DNA from: Abditibacteriaceae bacterium
GTDB lineage: Bacteria; Armatimonadota; Abditibacteriia; Abditibacteriales; Abditibacteriaceae
Length of the DNA stretch: 27,331 bases
NCBI GenBank assembly: GCA_031425655.1
Contig: JANPJS010000083.1
Span: 1 to 27,331 of the forward strand
Reading direction: 5' to 3'
Every line of letters starts with the position of its first letter. Positions within the stretch are counted from its first letter, which is position 1. Of this stretch, positions 26,501-27,331 are shown in pieces. The notes beneath the pieces are model-generated. The model was given only the letters and a program-made list of their open reading frames with translations, was not told the DNA's origin and made no database searches. Both the position numbers and the translations under genes were made by a program.

Positions 26501-27290
26501 TGGCCTGAACAGCAACTGGGCTTTGCCGTCCAACAAGGTTCCGGGCGCGGCGGATTTGCCCGATAACACTTACTATCTGCGCGCCTTCGCCTACGATGAC
26601 GCCGGCAACTCCAAAGCCAGCGGGCAGCAGTCGTTCAAGGTGGCAGACCTGACCGCGCCGCTGAGCGTTGTCATCGTTAATCCGACGCCCGGTTCGACGG
26701 TGGAGGACTTAATCGGCGGCATCAGCGGCACGGCAGAGGACGATGCGAGCGGTTCAGGTATCAAGCGGGTGCTGGTGATTCTGCACCGCCGTGTGGGCAG
26801 CGTCACGGAGTATTGGAATGGTAATGCGTGGACGACCACGCCCAAATATCTTGCGACGACCTTAGTCAATCCCAACGCCATCAGCACGGGTTGGAGTTTG
26901 CCGACAGCTCAGGTGCCGGGGGGCACTAATCTGCCGGATAATACTTATTACCTGCGTGCTTATGCTTACGATCAGGGCAACCTCTCGCTTTACAGCGGCC
27001 AGAAGAGCTTCGTGGTGCAAAGCACTACCCCTGTGCAGACACCCTCTTCGCTGAGGAATGGAGTGCAGGCAGTGGCGTGGGTTTCGTCGAGCCGCATCGA
27101 GCTGGAGTTCACAGGCGCGGTTCCGTCCGGTGACTTCGCGGTGACCATCAACGGCCAGGCGAGCGGTGTGCAAAGCGTCGAACGGGCCGGCAAAACGGTG
27201 ACTCTGTTGCTGGAGGAAGGTGTCTTGAAAGCCGGCGACAAGGTTGGCATTAGCTGGAAGGGTGGCGAGGCCACGGCCAGCGCCGAGTAA
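20577..27290 (+). CDS. Giant (~2237 aa) multidomain secreted/surface protein: Gly-rich, FN3, Ig with inserted B-lectin, discoidin-like, CSLREA/beta-helix/choice-of-anchor-Q, Calx-beta, Ig/cadherin-like, SGNH hydrolase, 3 tandem repeats, C-terminal domain
   Basis: ATG 20577 after AAAGGTGAGG (alternative 20544); signal LLSTLMALLLPWMASGAFA; motifs QxDGNxVxY, ANDAPERDP, CTLREAI, NNGGPTDTHALL..SPAIDAG...DIGAYE, ATAGSDY...GTLTF, GASD/GPND/DGFHPS, VNDAPSF. Confidence 0.9.
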   Translation: MKQGQHVWNGEGRANRRGWSNGRSVLLSTLMALLLPWMASGAFAGVGATTSTFSYTGNDQSFTVPAGVTSLTVKLWGAGGAGGGYHAGIETGGKGGSGAFVTGTLAVTPGEILTLVVAGGGNANGSATYGGGAGAGLEGAGSGGGRSAIRRALAEVVTAGGGGGGSTNQTDPISANIPGGAGGLTTGSSGADGTDYDNTGTRVGGGGGGTQASGGAGGAGAFFGGNAGTAGSMLTGGSGGNVYGGGGGGGYFGGGGGGGSSGLDSGGGGGGGSSFLANLTASGGSAAGSADTPGGTADADYVAGIGTGGVANGNGGNGRIVLSYTPTNAPIVVTSAANNITATGATLYASLNPKGFATTAKFQYGTTTSYGSEVSVAFTPNDDSTDHAVSANISGLSPNTLYHFRAVATNSEGTTNGGDLTFTTAPAVTQQPTDQSVPKNTTATFRALSSGMRTRTGPSQLSNDQSLLPNECMISPNGGYELLYQTDGNLVLRDAADTILWASNTSGTTPKEAKMQSDGNFVVYDSAGTARFASGTGGNPGAVLKLQNDGNLVIYTSGGSAIWSTGTGYSQRGLTSDPVPTTQWQVSTDNGATFTNITGATLPVYSFTAVLADNNKQYRAIFTNSSGASVTSNAANLTVRDVADVTASGDPVTAIKNSNEVATEPTDYSGSEGPDKAIDNLSSSKYLNFTKENSGLVVTPQVGATLVTDVRFATANDAPERDPLTYQLQGSNNFNTASPNPSTATWTTIASGSTGLDLDPGRNVAGPAVSFSNLTYYKSYKLIFPTLRNSSSANSMQVAEIELIGVAIPADTAQNGPNFVVNSTAATDDGTCGVTNCTLREAINAANANANANNITFDGATFASAQTINLGSGLIISNPVTITGTGARLLTVRANSSNFIVFSISSGTVKISGMTISNAQGVQSSGDVTLDGVTVSGASASFFGAVHNVFGIMTILNSTISNNACIGLIAEGTTSVSNTTISGNNASGSFCGVFVGNAPLNLDSVTVTNNRPGGIRNIGGTVNVRNTIVAGNGTTGSSGGTPADIFGAFVSQGNNLIGTTTGGTGFTQPSDKTNVAANIGALANNGGPTDTHALLTNSPAIDAGDTTLTNDQRGVARPQGSADDIGAYEVTPPPTLGINNVTANEGNPAQGIPGTTDFVFTVTRSGDTSGISTVQYATADDTATAGSDYTAKTGTLTFPANDTAAQTFTVTITGDQGKETNETFNVTLSAPTNATITTATGIGTITNDDSAPVASNFAASTWAGRAIINRPTAASDSNGDTLTYSMGTTLPTLGTVGEVLSSDGLFLYTPNNSTDTGTDTFTINVSDGANTTPLTVTVTIGAAPAAGTLIYTSVGASDANAVGATSFANGYTSLLLGKENAMYGAGTWALSNRGVNGFTTADLLRSVGGTTALALATGDNPRAVTLWIGPNDVKNFAFAHFVVPPTEPEIAAFLTQFNSDYTAVLTALKGALTGSPAGIVTANIPKIGNLPAALVFSAPQRAALNDLCRRASDVINAAAVGKAPVLDLYTSSDSAVLGDTSGDGFHPSNQGYAKLADGFWTLLRPQLNRKPVADAQTLSTPEGTDLNGTLTASDPDLDEGALTLTVNQPATGKGSVVFNAADNTFTYSPPNADYNGDGSFTFTASNSTGTSDAATITVTVTAVNDAPSFTKGADQTVVEDAGAQTVNNWATALSAGPADEAGQTLDFLVSNNNNALFSVQPAIDANGTLSYTTAAEANGSATVSVQIHDNGGTANGGVNTSATQTFTISVTPALTISITTPSAGASLTDLSGGISGTAQDNQNANGIQEVRVVLHRLANGAAQYWTGSAWSSTSTYIVASLTPPGGFNVGWSLAAGQLPAGADLTARTYYLRAWAYDHPTLATEFAYSGQQTFTIGGADTTAPLSVVIGTPAAGATVENLSGGISGSAQDNAGGSGLNRVLLILHRYVSGTAQYWNGSAWVGTAVYLNTTLSSPGGLNSNWALPSNKVPGAADLPDNTYYLRAFAYDDAGNSKASGQQSFKVADLTAPLSVVIVNPTPGSTVEDLIGGISGTAEDDASGSGIKRVLVILHRRVGSVTEYWNGNAWTTTPKYLATTLVNPNAISTGWSLPTAQVPGGTNLPDNTYYLRAYAYDQGNLSLYSGQKSFVVQSTTPVQTPSSLRNGVQAVAWVSSSRIELEFTGAVPSGDFAVTINGQASGVQSVERAGKTVTLLLEEGVLKAGDKVGISWKGGEATASAE

Positions 27291-27331
27291 GAAGCTGTTT
27301 TCCAACTCAAGACACAAGCGGCGGGCTCAAA

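Noticed and set aside
27305..27331. Possible terminator after the giant gene
   Set aside because: Only a potential left arm is visible before the window ends.

Overview
GC-rich bacterial window. The gene content (Sec-exported repeat proteins, an outer-membrane barrel) implies a diderm; an Armatimonadota/Abditibacteriota-like origin is my impression only. From left to right: (1) tail of a surface-polysaccharide cluster (RfbC-type epimerase, CmcI-family methyltransferase, NAD-dependent epimerase, C-methyltransferase-like protein, GT2) and a convergent GT4 carrying an internal 7-bp tandem repeat. (2) A NarL/LuxR regulator and a PilZ protein, followed by a compact three-gene cassette: a Sec-signal precursor with an internal double-glycine-type leader and a His/Cys/Gly/Pro-rich core, a stand-alone exported C39 peptidase, and a FapF/'transporter'-like outer-membrane barrel. 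This is the best candidate for an undescribed peptide maturation/export system. (3) HtrA-family protease, Mn-SOD, and a hypothetical gene bracketed by near-identical hairpins. (4) A secreted SBBP+PD40 propeller protein, a C45 Ntn-hydrolase, REP/MITE-like palindromes and a gene remnant. (5) A secreted alpha/beta hydrolase, a LacI regulator that appears to start at ATC, and a divergent ~2,240-aa mosaic surface protein. The two large secreted proteins end in a homologous ~75-80-aa C-terminal domain, a candidate sorting or anchoring signal. No rRNA, tRNA, CRISPR array or transposase was seen.
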